Shown here one piece after another: positions 30,208 through 39,225 of a DNA stretch of 64,000 nucleotides. Both the position numbers and the translations under genes were made by a program. This stretch comes from a virus (Duplodnaviria; Caudoviricetes): positions 64,001-128,000 of the IMG/VR virus record IMGVR_UViG_3300028601_000021; one strand, 5' to 3'. The notes beneath the pieces were generated by a model. It made no database searches, was not told where the DNA came from, and saw nothing but the letters and a program-made list of their open reading frames with translations. Within the stretch, counting starts at the first letter, position 1, and every line of letters starts with the position of its first letter.

Positions 30208-32643
30208 ATGGCTTCACCTTATTTATTGAAAGGTTTCTATAAGAAAGGTCCGGGTGGTAACAGTCAGTTAGTAAGGTTTGGGTCTGATGCTATTGTGTTG
30301 GAAAGTGGAGCTACTCTTACTAGCCACATAAATGACATGTCGGCCCATTTACCTTTCTCCGATATAGAAAATGCTATTATCCAAAGGATACATGCTGCTA
30401 TCGGTAGAGTACTAGATGGTGGTGACGGTAGTAGTTTATTGAATAAACATGCTACTATGCGTTTATTATCCGAAGATATCTCATTGGTATCTAATAAAGT
30501 AAATGGTTTTTTGACAGATTTAGCCGATGGTGGGGTGATAGATAAGTTATCCGAATTGGTTTCTAAATTAGATCTACATGATACTGGTATATCGAATATA
30601 CAAACATCTATTTCAGTATTACCTAGTTTAGTATCTCAACTGAATACAGCCATAGTAGATATATCTAACACCAACAACAATCTCAATGCTCTATCTGATA
30701 CTGTCGATACATTAATACCTCTATTGGATCAATACACGACAGTAGTGAATACGCTTACTACTATTCAGGCAGCTATAACCAGTATCAATGGATCTATTGC
30801 GGTGATACCGTCTTTAAGCGATACTACCGCTGCTCATACTGCAGCTATATCGACTATTAACGACACACTAACCACCGCAGTAACTAATATAGATACTCTA
30901 TTGCCACTGATAGCTAATTACAATACATTATTAGCTACCGTTACCTCTCAAGGTATGGGAATAGATAGTCTACAGACTGCAATGGCCGGTATCGGTACCA
31001 ATGTCACTTCTCTGAATAGTGAAGTAACTGCGTTGTCGGATGATCTAAATGACACTAAAGTAGTAGTCACGTCTCAAGGTACTAAGCTAGCTACTTTAGA
31101 AAGTGATTTAGCTACGACGGTATTATCTGTTTCGAACAATGCCACAGATATAGACACCATAGAGTCTACTTTAGTTAGTCATACTAGTTCTATTGCTGAT
31201 TTAGAAAATGAGTTATCTACAGTAACAAATACAGTAAATACTCATACTCTAGAATTGACAGATATCAATGCGGATATCACTAATCTACAAACAACTACGG
31301 ATACATTAAACTCTAGCTTGGTCATAACTAATCAACATATATCTGCATTAGAAACCTCACAAGCTACACAAGATTTAATCTTATCTAATATAAACGATGC
31401 ATTGGTCACTGTTGGGTCAGAGATAGATACTCTGGAAGATATATCCAATAGCAATGCGACTACTATTGTGGGATTGACATCTGCACTTCAGGCTACTCAA
31501 ACAGTAGTGGCTACTCAAGGTAGTGATATAGTGGCATTGAACACGGAAGTGGATTCTATATCGAATACAGTAGAGGAGCTAGTTTCTAACATCTCACCTA
31601 GAGTAATAGGTGTTTGTCATTATGCAGGAGCCAATGCTCTTAATAATTTTAGACATATAAATCAAGAAGGTAATTTCCTTTCTGGATTTAAATATTACAC
31701 TAGTGCCATCTACACAGATAAGATGCGGGATGTGGTTATTGGTGGCGATCATATGAAAGAGATAGATACTCTTTATATAAAGACATCCATATCCGGTCCC
31801 GTAGGTACCGATAGTGAAGGAAAGAAATGTTGGTGGATATCACCAGATCCACTACCTGGATTTAGACCTATGCTGGCCTTTAAAAGAGATGGCGTAATTA
31901 AGCCACACGTGTATATTGGTAAATACATGGGCTATTACAGTACTCCAGAGACACAGCCGACTACAGGGTATAGTAGATCTACTTATGAAAATAATTTAGC
32001 TACTTACAAGAATGTAGATGGTGTAACTGGTTTTCGTATGGTGGATATTTACGATTTGGGTTTATTGCGTACCCTATTGTTAGTATTTGGTGGTAGCGCT
32101 GATGTAAAGACAGTTTGGGGTGATAACTTTTCTAATGTAGTTAAACCAGATACAGGTAGTACTGGTGCTAAAGCTCTAGGTATATTCGATTTATGGCGTT
32201 CTTATCATTATTGTATCGATAAATTAAAAGTCAGTAGAGATAGAAAAATAGAATTAGTGAATCCTTTCACTGGAGCTACTATTTATACTGACCTAGATAT
32301 GCCATATAGTACAGCGAATCGTTATTTATCCGAAATAGTATTAGGAGATTTACAGATAGGTGAAGATATCCATAATTATATGGAATTATTCTTACCTGCT
32401 GCATTTGTCACTGATATCAGAGATGCTGCTTTTATGGACGGTGTGAGATTCACTAGTTCCAGTGCTAATTCTGAAAAAGATGTATATATAGGTGGTTCTC
32501 CAAGAGATAGTAGCACTGACTACATTTCTCCAGGTGGTGTCACTGATAAAACAAGATTATTTTGTGGTATCTTTATGTGTGTTATGGAACACAATGTTAA
32601 TCACACTAGCTCCTATGGATCTATGCGATTAGCTAAATCGTAA
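30208..32643 (+). CDS. Tail fibre-like protein: long coiled coil plus C-terminal receptor-binding domain
   Basis: About 400 aa of heptads, then VYIGKY, LGIFDLW, IGGS and terminal GSMRLAK, reminiscent of CLec/Mtd-like fibre tips. Confidence 0.6.
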   Translation: MASPYLLKGFYKKGPGGNSQLVRFGSDAIVLESGATLTSHINDMSAHLPFSDIENAIIQRIHAAIGRVLDGGDGSSLLNKHATMRLLSEDISLVSNKVNGFLTDLADGGVIDKLSELVSKLDLHDTGISNIQTSISVLPSLVSQLNTAIVDISNTNNNLNALSDTVDTLIPLLDQYTTVVNTLTTIQAAITSINGSIAVIPSLSDTTAAHTAAISTINDTLTTAVTNIDTLLPLIANYNTLLATVTSQGMGIDSLQTAMAGIGTNVTSLNSEVTALSDDLNDTKVVVTSQGTKLATLESDLATTVLSVSNNATDIDTIESTLVSHTSSIADLENELSTVTNTVNTHTLELTDINADITNLQTTTDTLNSSLVITNQHISALETSQATQDLILSNINDALVTVGSEIDTLEDISNSNATTIVGLTSALQATQTVVATQGSDIVALNTEVDSISNTVEELVSNISPRVIGVCHYAGANALNNFRHINQEGNFLSGFKYYTSAIYTDKMRDVVIGGDHMKEIDTLYIKTSISGPVGTDSEGKKCWWISPDPLPGFRPMLAFKRDGVIKPHVYIGKYMGYYSTPETQPTTGYSRSTYENNLATYKNVDGVTGFRMVDIYDLGLLRTLLLVFGGSADVKTVWGDNFSNVVKPDTGSTGAKALGIFDLWRSYHYCIDKLKVSRDRKIELVNPFTGATIYTDLDMPYSTANRYLSEIVLGDLQIGEDIHNYMELFLPAAFVTDIRDAAFMDGVRFTSSSANSEKDVYIGGSPRDSSTDYISPGGVTDKTRLFCGIFMCVMEHNVNHTSSYGSMRLAKS

Positions 32644-32657
32644 ATAGTAACTAACTA

Positions 32658-32722
32658 AGGGATAAAGATATTATAGCGTAAGTTTAAACTATGATGTCTT
32701 TATCCCTAATTTTCTTTCTTTT
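32658..32722 (+). terminator. Intrinsic terminator or attenuator hairpin
   Basis: 19-bp stem with two G-U pairs on the plus strand, followed by a T-rich tract. Confidence 0.6.
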
Positions 32723-32743
32723 AACCGTCATGAGGAATTTTAA

Positions 32744-33307
32744 ATGCAAGCTAGAGTAAAAGATGTAAACGGAACTAAGATCATCACCGGTGGACCTTCT
32801 CCTGCCAAGATGAATTGTGGTCTGAATGAAAAGATCGTCCCGGCTAATGTCGATTATCCCGAGATGACTTCTCCTATCCTTTACATGTACACTGGTCCTA
32901 CGATCACTATCGCTGCTGATGGTGAGTCTGTTGATGTCAAGTACACTGTCGTGGAAAAGTCCATCGAAGCTATCAAGGCTGATCTCCTGGCTCCTTTCGG
33001 TGCTGTGTTTGATGAGATCGACAAACGCAGTCTTCGTGCCGTCCGTAGTATCCTTACTGCCCAGGCTGGTGGTGGAGAAGCTGATCCTAAGGATATCGAG
33101 ACTGCTTCTTTCTACGAGACTGGTGCTGTCACCAACCGTGCCATGGTAGCTGAAATCAATGCTGCTACTGAATTCTCTTTCTTCCAGGAAAACTACCAGC
33201 GTCTGGTGCCCTTTAAGCCTTGGGATGCCATTATGGTAGAAGTTCCTGCTGAAGAGACTCCTGAAGCTCCTGTCGAAGAACCGCCTGTCGAAGAGCCTGT
33301 CGTTTAG
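32744..33307 (+). CDS. Hypothetical protein, possible fibre assembly protein
   Basis: Follows the fibre gene; IDKRSLRAVR motif; acidic PVEE tail. Confidence 0.5.
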   Translation: MQARVKDVNGTKIITGGPSPAKMNCGLNEKIVPANVDYPEMTSPILYMYTGPTITIAADGESVDVKYTVVEKSIEAIKADLLAPFGAVFDEIDKRSLRAVRSILTAQAGGGEADPKDIETASFYETGAVTNRAMVAEINAATEFSFFQENYQRLVPFKPWDAIMVEVPAEETPEAPVEEPPVEEPVV

Positions 33308-33330
33308 TATCGGTAAGGTACAAAAGTATA

Positions 33331-33366
33331 CTACTAGAGGAGTACCCTTCGGTACTCCTCTAGTAG
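33331..33366. terminator. Family palindrome between convergent genes
   Basis: CTACTAGAGGAGTACC/GGTACTCCTCTAGTAG. Confidence 0.7.
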
Positions 33367-33379
33367 CTTATACGACTAA

Positions 33380-34123
33380 TTATTTCCTAGCAAACTCGTC
33401 ATAATAAATGACCTTTTCGCTGTTCGTATTCCAAATCTCTGTTACGTCTTCTTTTGAAAGTAAGCCTAATTGTACAGCTCGCTCATAAAACGTAGCAAGA
33501 TATCCTTCATACATAGGCATGTCCTGTAAGATCTCAGTACTACCAAAGTACAGTGCACTGTACCTACGCATCTCTCTTTCCTTACAGAAACAGAACAGCA
33601 TAGTTTCAGGTACACCACAACTACCAGTAGCTACAGCCTTGACAGGGCATCTGCAGGATAAGATAGCAGAAACAATAGCACCGACGATACAAGTCTGTTC
33701 ATTAGGTAATTTGTTACCTAAGTAAATAGTAACCGTATCTTCTTTACTACGGCTATCTAAGAATCTAGTGATCCTATTGATGTATTCATTAGTGAACCAA
33801 TGTTCAGCTCTCAACCAAATACGGTAATTGTTACCGGTACGTCTGATAAAGATAGGCATGGGAGGAGGTCCCTGTCTACCCATAGCTGGATTCATCTGTG
33901 GTATATTTACTTTATTCTCTTTCTTATTGGAAAGTAAAGAAGAAAAGTAATCGTACTGTTCCATACCAGGTACAAGAGATTCATTAGCTATGATGACTTT
34001 ATCATCATCGACGATAGTAGTTTCTACTTCTACTTTATCGATATCGTCCACCACTACTTCTGTCTCTACTTTAGGATCTTCCTCTACCATAGACAGGAGG
34101 TAATCAAATTCATTCGATGTCAT
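33380..34123 (-). CDS. Degenerate ClpP-fold protein (catalytic Ser and His not evident)
   Basis: Co-linear with neighbour (VTIYLGN, VKAVATGSCGVPETML, ALYFGS) but lacks the ASAG Ser and the MxH His. Confidence 0.6.
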   Translation of the reverse strand: MTSNEFDYLLSMVEEDPKVETEVVVDDIDKVEVETTIVDDDKVIIANESLVPGMEQYDYFSSLLSNKKENKVNIPQMNPAMGRQGPPPMPIFIRRTGNNYRIWLRAEHWFTNEYINRITRFLDSRSKEDTVTIYLGNKLPNEQTCIVGAIVSAILSCRCPVKAVATGSCGVPETMLFCFCKEREMRRYSALYFGSTEILQDMPMYEGYLATFYERAVQLGLLSKEDVTEIWNTNSEKVIYYDEFARK

Positions 34124-34910
34124 CTAACATACCTCCCATATCTAAACGCTGATTCATATCCTGAGAAGAGATGAATACATTCTCTCTACCTACAGCGATA
34201 CGTTCGAGTTCATCTTCAGTGATATGACCTTTCTTGGCAGCTACTGAGAGTAGACATTTCTTTACGTACTCTACCTGAGCAGCAGCCCTACTACGGATAC
34301 CTTCACTATTACCAAAGTCCATGTGACTAGACATATGGTACATGAAGTTAGCCATAGGACCAGCGATACATACATGTCCAGCAGACCAAGCTAAGCTACC
34401 GGCACTGGCACAGAGACCTCTAGCGATACAGAATACCTTACCTTTACAGGTATCAATACAGCTAGCGATAGCTGCACCAGTAGCTACATAACCACCAGGA
34501 CTATCGATGTAGATATAAATCTTATCGTTCTCAGTCATCACTTCCAAGATATCCAGTAGATCGATATATTCATTTACGTCTCTGATTTGACCAGTGATAT
34601 AAGCAGTGACTACTAAACCACCCTCTTTGTTCTTGTAAATGAATACAGGACAATAAGGCATAGCTTTAGCTGATTCGACATGAGGTTGACTATATTCCTG
34701 GAGATTAGCAATAGACATGGGATCAGTCTCTTCAATCAACTGCATATCACTACGGTATTCTTCATACCAAGGAACCATGGTGTCTTTAGTACTGGTAGGT
34801 ACTTGCTCTTCACCGATATCGTCACCATCTTCATCTACGGGTATGGATACATCTTCCACATCCATATCTAAAGAGATACGTGAGATATTTGTTTTAAGAT
34901 TTTTAAACAT
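34110..34910 (-). CDS. clpP: ClpP-like serine protease with acidic N-terminal extension
   Basis: IYIDSPGG, GLCASAGS, FMYH. Confidence 0.85.
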   Translation of the reverse strand: MFKNLKTNISRISLDMDVEDVSIPVDEDGDDIGEEQVPTSTKDTMVPWYEEYRSDMQLIEETDPMSIANLQEYSQPHVESAKAMPYCPVFIYKNKEGGLVVTAYITGQIRDVNEYIDLLDILEVMTENDKIYIYIDSPGGYVATGAAIASCIDTCKGKVFCIARGLCASAGSLAWSAGHVCIAGPMANFMYHMSSHMDFGNSEGIRSRAAAQVEYVKKCLLSVAAKKGHITEDELERIAVGRENVFISSQDMNQRLDMGGMLDDIE

Positions 34911-34916
34911 AATGAC

Positions 34917-35723
34917 CTATCTCCTTAAAAGAGCGTGGTGTAAGCTATGGCGATTACCATCCTTACCGATAAAGGTCTTATGACCAGGGATATATTTAGC
35001 ATCGATAGGAGTAGCGCTTCTAGTGATACGGATATGCTTGGTACCGAATAACTGTACGAATTCAGTATCGGAAATGATAGAAGATTCCATACCTACTGCA
35101 GTATTGGATACAGGGAAATCTTCAGGTCTGAGTTCTAATGATTCAGTGGCAGGAGAGAAACGCTTACTGGCTTCTTTAAATCCACCACTATGAACAGAAT
35201 CAAAAGTAACCAAGATCTGGATATCACGTACTCGCTGACCTGTAGAAGGATTGACAGTTTCCTGACAAAGACTACGTACAGAGAAGCTGGTATTCTCATG
35301 AGGATTCTCAAGAGATTCTTTTAGATAAGGACCATAAGGACCAGAAGGCTTGAGATCTCCCAGTACAAGTACACCACCATTAGCTAAAGCTTCAGTAGCA
35401 GTATATACTTTTCTGAAATGATGAGATTCTTTCTGCTTACAGATTTCCATAAGACGAGTGAGATCTTCCTTAGTACGGACAGGAGGATGGTCACATTCGC
35501 CATAGAGACTACCAGCTTTCAGCATCATATTAAATCTACTAGTGGGATCAGTGATGCATTTGATCGTCGGTTCCGGATTATAGAAGAAATCATTGAGAGT
35601 AGGTACACCTAATACCATCAACGGTACACCTCTGTAATAACCATCGGCATCTGGTTTAAGTGCCTTTAGTTTCTTACCATCCATGGTATCCATGGTTTCC
35701 ACTACGAAATAATATTTAGTCAT
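34917..35723 (-). CDS. Prohead (head maturation) protease, phiKZ gp175-like
   Basis: LYGECDHP, SHH, PSGPYG, FSVRS, TFD; C-terminal ATE and GME candidate self-cleavage sites. Confidence 0.85.
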   Translation of the reverse strand: MTKYYFVVETMDTMDGKKLKALKPDADGYYRGVPLMVLGVPTLNDFFYNPEPTIKCITDPTSRFNMMLKAGSLYGECDHPPVRTKEDLTRLMEICKQKESHHFRKVYTATEALANGGVLVLGDLKPSGPYGPYLKESLENPHENTSFSVRSLCQETVNPSTGQRVRDIQILVTFDSVHSGGFKEASKRFSPATESLELRPEDFPVSNTAVGMESSIISDTEFVQLFGTKHIRITRSATPIDAKYIPGHKTFIGKDGNRHSLHHALLRR

Positions 35724-35821
35724 GAGAATTCACACCTCTTTTTATAAAAAAATATAGACATAGATTACCTATACCATAGAGGATACCAGTACTTTTTAGG
35801 TAGCTGGTATCCTCTATAGTT

Positions 35822-36253
35822 TTAGCATCTGTCATCCATCCCGTGTTGTTCTAACAGAAATCTCATCTTCCTGTTAATATCAGCCACAGTAGGAGAATCA
35901 TTTTCTCCAGCACAGACCATGTTCATTGCCACTCTAGCTCTGAGTTCAGTGCTAGCTTCGGGGTACTGATTACCGCATTCTTCACATACATATCGGTATA
36001 CGTCGAATTTAGTTACATGAGATTTCACTACAGTGTGCTTTCTCACGTACATAGTACCTCTACATTTGTGGCAGCAGAAATCCACCATCGGATATTCAGG
36101 ATGATCCATATCACCTTCGATGATTTCATTGTAACTATCGATGCTGTCGATATCCTCTTTGGTATATCCATTCTGATTAAAGGCATCAGCGATGTCATCA
36201 CCTTCCATCAGTACCTTTTCCCCATTCTTCCATCGGATCAAATAAGTGGACAT
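35822..36253 (-). CDS. Zinc-ribbon hypothetical protein
   Basis: CHKC...CEEC. Confidence 0.6.
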   Translation of the reverse strand: MSTYLIRWKNGEKVLMEGDDIADAFNQNGYTKEDIDSIDSYNEIIEGDMDHPEYPMVDFCCHKCRGTMYVRKHTVVKSHVTKFDVYRYVCEECGNQYPEASTELRARVAMNMVCAGENDSPTVADINRKMRFLLEQHGMDDRC

Positions 36254-36329
36254 AAGTAAAGCTCCTCTATGGGTTTAAGTAGTTTATATCAAATAAATGA
36301 TATATATCTCAAATAATTTGATATGACTA

Positions 36330-37007
36330 CTAAGCTCGTAACTGTAATTCGATAGCCGATGCTTGATCACTTTTATTGATCAATGCACTATTCAAACTAG
36401 CATTACTATAACTACCCAGGAGCTTACTCATAGTGTCGTCAGGACCGTAGGCCACGTTACGTATTCCGATGAATATGGGAGGCTTTTTCATGTCCGTATG
36501 TCGGTACTTTTTAAAGACATCTTGACCATCTCTAAATAAATGACTATAAAGAGTTTCAAAGACTACGTGGTTGATACCAAAGTTGATATCACATACTTCT
36601 GCAATCTTATCAAACAACCAAGGTATGTTTTCGTAAGTAATGAATTTAGGTAGACGACCTAAAGCTACAAACTCTACCCACAGTACATAAGCTAGCTTAT
36701 CGTTACGTACGATATCATTGGTGACCATTATCTTATCACCCTTATGTAACTCCACTACCAAATACTGATCTTCATCGATAGTTTCATTATAGGTATCACT
36801 AGGGGATATACTGATAACTGCAGTAAGTAATAGACCCAACTCTACTTTATCATCTATCACCATATGAAATACACCAACAGTATTGATAGTATCCGTCTGA
36901 GTTAATAGGTCATGAGCTTCATAACGCTTAGGTATATAACACTTACAGACATCCCCTGTAAATATCGTACAATTAGACTTCTCGTCTTTCACAAAGTATT
37001 TATTCAT
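36330..37007 (-). CDS. Virion RNA polymerase beta-prime C-terminal-like subunit (phiKZ gp176-like)
   Basis: C-terminal FIGIRNV...SKLLGSY..SLNSALI..SAIE resembles the beta-prime C-terminus. Located near the prohead protease, as in phiKZ-like phages. Confidence 0.6.
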   Translation of the reverse strand: MNKYFVKDEKSNCTIFTGDVCKCYIPKRYEAHDLLTQTDTINTVGVFHMVIDDKVELGLLLTAVISISPSDTYNETIDEDQYLVVELHKGDKIMVTNDIVRNDKLAYVLWVEFVALGRLPKFITYENIPWLFDKIAEVCDINFGINHVVFETLYSHLFRDGQDVFKKYRHTDMKKPPIFIGIRNVAYGPDDTMSKLLGSYSNASLNSALINKSDQASAIELQLRA

Positions 37008-37011
37008 AGGG

Positions 37012-38304
37012 TTACCTATTTCCAGTCATCAATTGAATCAATTCAAACTGCGCTTCTCTTAAGTTACTAAAAGGATATTGATCCTTCTTGAGATATAGAT
37101 CTGTACCTACAGGTATTTCACTACTGTATTCACTATCGAAATACACCATATCTTTAGTGTTATTCATATATAGTAACTGTAATGAAGTGTACTTAGATTC
37201 AGTATAAGGTATGATCTGATGAGTAGACTTATTTCTCAATACACCTTTGAAAGCATTTGTCATAGCCACGTGGTAATCTGCGTAACTATCGCAAGGAGTA
37301 CGGTGTACGTAGATATGTGGGTTATCGATAAAGATAAGGAAAGCATCATTACAAGTATCGGCCCACATCATCTGCTTGAGATAAGTGTCTACAGTGTAAG
37401 GAGCTTCTACTACCATGTCATCTCTATTCATAGCTACTTGTTTCATCAATAGCTGCTTATCTAGAGCTAAAGTGGAAGGGTGTACTATGAAACTCTTGTG
37501 ACTGGTAGTCAGATACTCATCAGGGAAATAGATCATTCCACCCAACACTAACAGTACCGTATGAGTCAAAAAATTATATCCATCAGGTAAGATGAATTCC
37601 CAATCGCAATTTATATATCTGTCATTAGTTCTATTACGATAAACGACAGTGGTATCTCTAATAGGAGCAATGGTCATATTACCCAGTGGAGTAGTATCGA
37701 TCAATACCGCATCTGCTCTATGTTCTTTACTGGTGTCCCAGAGTAACTTAGCACCATCACGGATATATAACTGATCTTCAAATACCGTAGGTTGGGTACA
37801 GAATCCATTAACTACAGGGATACAGTTATTGAAATTGATAGGCACTTCTTTAGTATTCTCTATTACTAAATCAGGCATGGACCATCTGAACTGCCATACA
37901 TCTCTAAGATCAGGTGTCTTGATGTTACAGTAATGAGGTTCTAAGCCTACATAATGAAAAGGATAGAAAGTACTAAAAGTAGTCTTAGGGCTATCTGTAC
38001 CTGAAAAGAAACCGAAAGGTTCAACAGCATATCCCACGACATATTCTTCTCTAAGACCATCCATGAATTGCTGCCAAGTAATAACAGTATTGTCGTATCT
38101 TTCTTGAAGGATAGTAGCTGCATCTAAGGTATATGTCTTATGTTGTATATCATCAAAGATAGCTACTGCGTATTGAAAAGGTTTGTCATTGATAGATTTA
38201 GCGATACAATCTATGAGAGCTAATTCAGAAGGAAGATAAGCAGCTACCTGCTTACCACATCTGGTGTATATGTATTTTAAACTGTACATCTGGTGTATCC
38301 TCAT
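37012..38304 (-). CDS. phiKZ-like virion structural protein
   Basis: 430 aa; NCIPVVNG and VLLVLGG motifs. Confidence 0.5.
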   Translation of the reverse strand: MRIHQMYSLKYIYTRCGKQVAAYLPSELALIDCIAKSINDKPFQYAVAIFDDIQHKTYTLDAATILQERYDNTVITWQQFMDGLREEYVVGYAVEPFGFFSGTDSPKTTFSTFYPFHYVGLEPHYCNIKTPDLRDVWQFRWSMPDLVIENTKEVPINFNNCIPVVNGFCTQPTVFEDQLYIRDGAKLLWDTSKEHRADAVLIDTTPLGNMTIAPIRDTTVVYRNRTNDRYINCDWEFILPDGYNFLTHTVLLVLGGMIYFPDEYLTTSHKSFIVHPSTLALDKQLLMKQVAMNRDDMVVEAPYTVDTYLKQMMWADTCNDAFLIFIDNPHIYVHRTPCDSYADYHVAMTNAFKGVLRNKSTHQIIPYTESKYTSLQLLYMNNTKDMVYFDSEYSSEIPVGTDLYLKKDQYPFSNLREAQFELIQLMTGNR

Positions 38305-38420
38305 TTATATATGGAATTGCTATACCATCGTGGGTAATTGTTAGCTAAGTACCAAAAAAGTAAGATACCTCCTTTACTCACACGGTAGTACCACCGTGGT
38401 ACTACCGTGTGAGAGGATGT

Positions 38421-39104
38421 TTATTCGGAGAGATGGGGGAGGCTGGCCACATACTCTTGCAGAGAGGACAATGCAGCGGCATTTGCATCCATCTCATGCG
38501 AGAGATTGAAATATGCTTCCTTGTCGCTGCCATCTCTGAGACTAGCACAGGCCACCTGTATCTGGTCCATGTCTGCGAATATGCCCACAGACTGCGTGGC
38601 ATGGCGACGCTCGTGCACCACGAGAAACAAAATGAAAGCCTTTACATATTCTACGGTGACTCTAGTTCCACCGAGAACTTCAAAAGTTTCCTTCATCTCT
38701 CGGATGATAGCATCCACGTAGTACCAGATGTACCCGTGCTGCTTACGTCGTGATTCGGCCATCTCTTCGCCATAGATACCTTCCGCGAGCATAATCTCAA
38801 TAGCTCGCTCTGACATGGCTATGGTTCCTTCGCCGATAAGACACTCAGCCGCAAACACATTATCCATGTGTTTGTAGAACTCATTGCAGTTCCACTCATA
38901 GCCGATGCAGAATGCGGCCTCGTACATATCTACGGTATCGAGCATCTTTTCAGTACCGTTAGACTGAGAGATGAACCCAGCCAACGTATCCGTAAACACT
39001 TCTTTTACTTCTTCATTAGAAGTAAGTTCCGTACCCTTATCGAGGCAGATACGGAAAAGTTTAAACATCTCACTCATAATCTTAATACCGGGGCTCATTG
39101 ACAT
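38421..39104 (-). CDS. Putative zincin metallopeptidase-like early protein
   Basis: HERRH (HExxH) and EMDANAAA. GGAGG RBS before ATG at 39104; promoter-like TATATCAC upstream; GC-richer. Confidence 0.6.
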   Translation of the reverse strand: MSMSPGIKIMSEMFKLFRICLDKGTELTSNEEVKEVFTDTLAGFISQSNGTEKMLDTVDMYEAAFCIGYEWNCNEFYKHMDNVFAAECLIGEGTIAMSERAIEIMLAEGIYGEEMAESRRKQHGYIWYYVDAIIREMKETFEVLGGTRVTVEYVKAFILFLVVHERRHATQSVGIFADMDQIQVACASLRDGSDKEAYFNLSHEMDANAAALSSLQEYVASLPHLSE

Positions 39105-39148
39105 ATATCCCTCCAGAAAGGTTATGTTGTGCACATTGATTCGAGTAA

Positions 39149-39156
39149 GTGATATA
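39149..39156 (-). promoter_or_regulatory. Early promoter variant TATATCAC
   Basis: One mismatch. Related variants occur at 25531-25538 and 36297-36304 ahead of other accessory genes. Confidence 0.55.
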
Positions 39157-39225
39157 TATCTGAAATAAATTGATAAGCGATATATACTACCGTAGTACCT
39201 AAATGGTACTACGGTAGTATAAATA

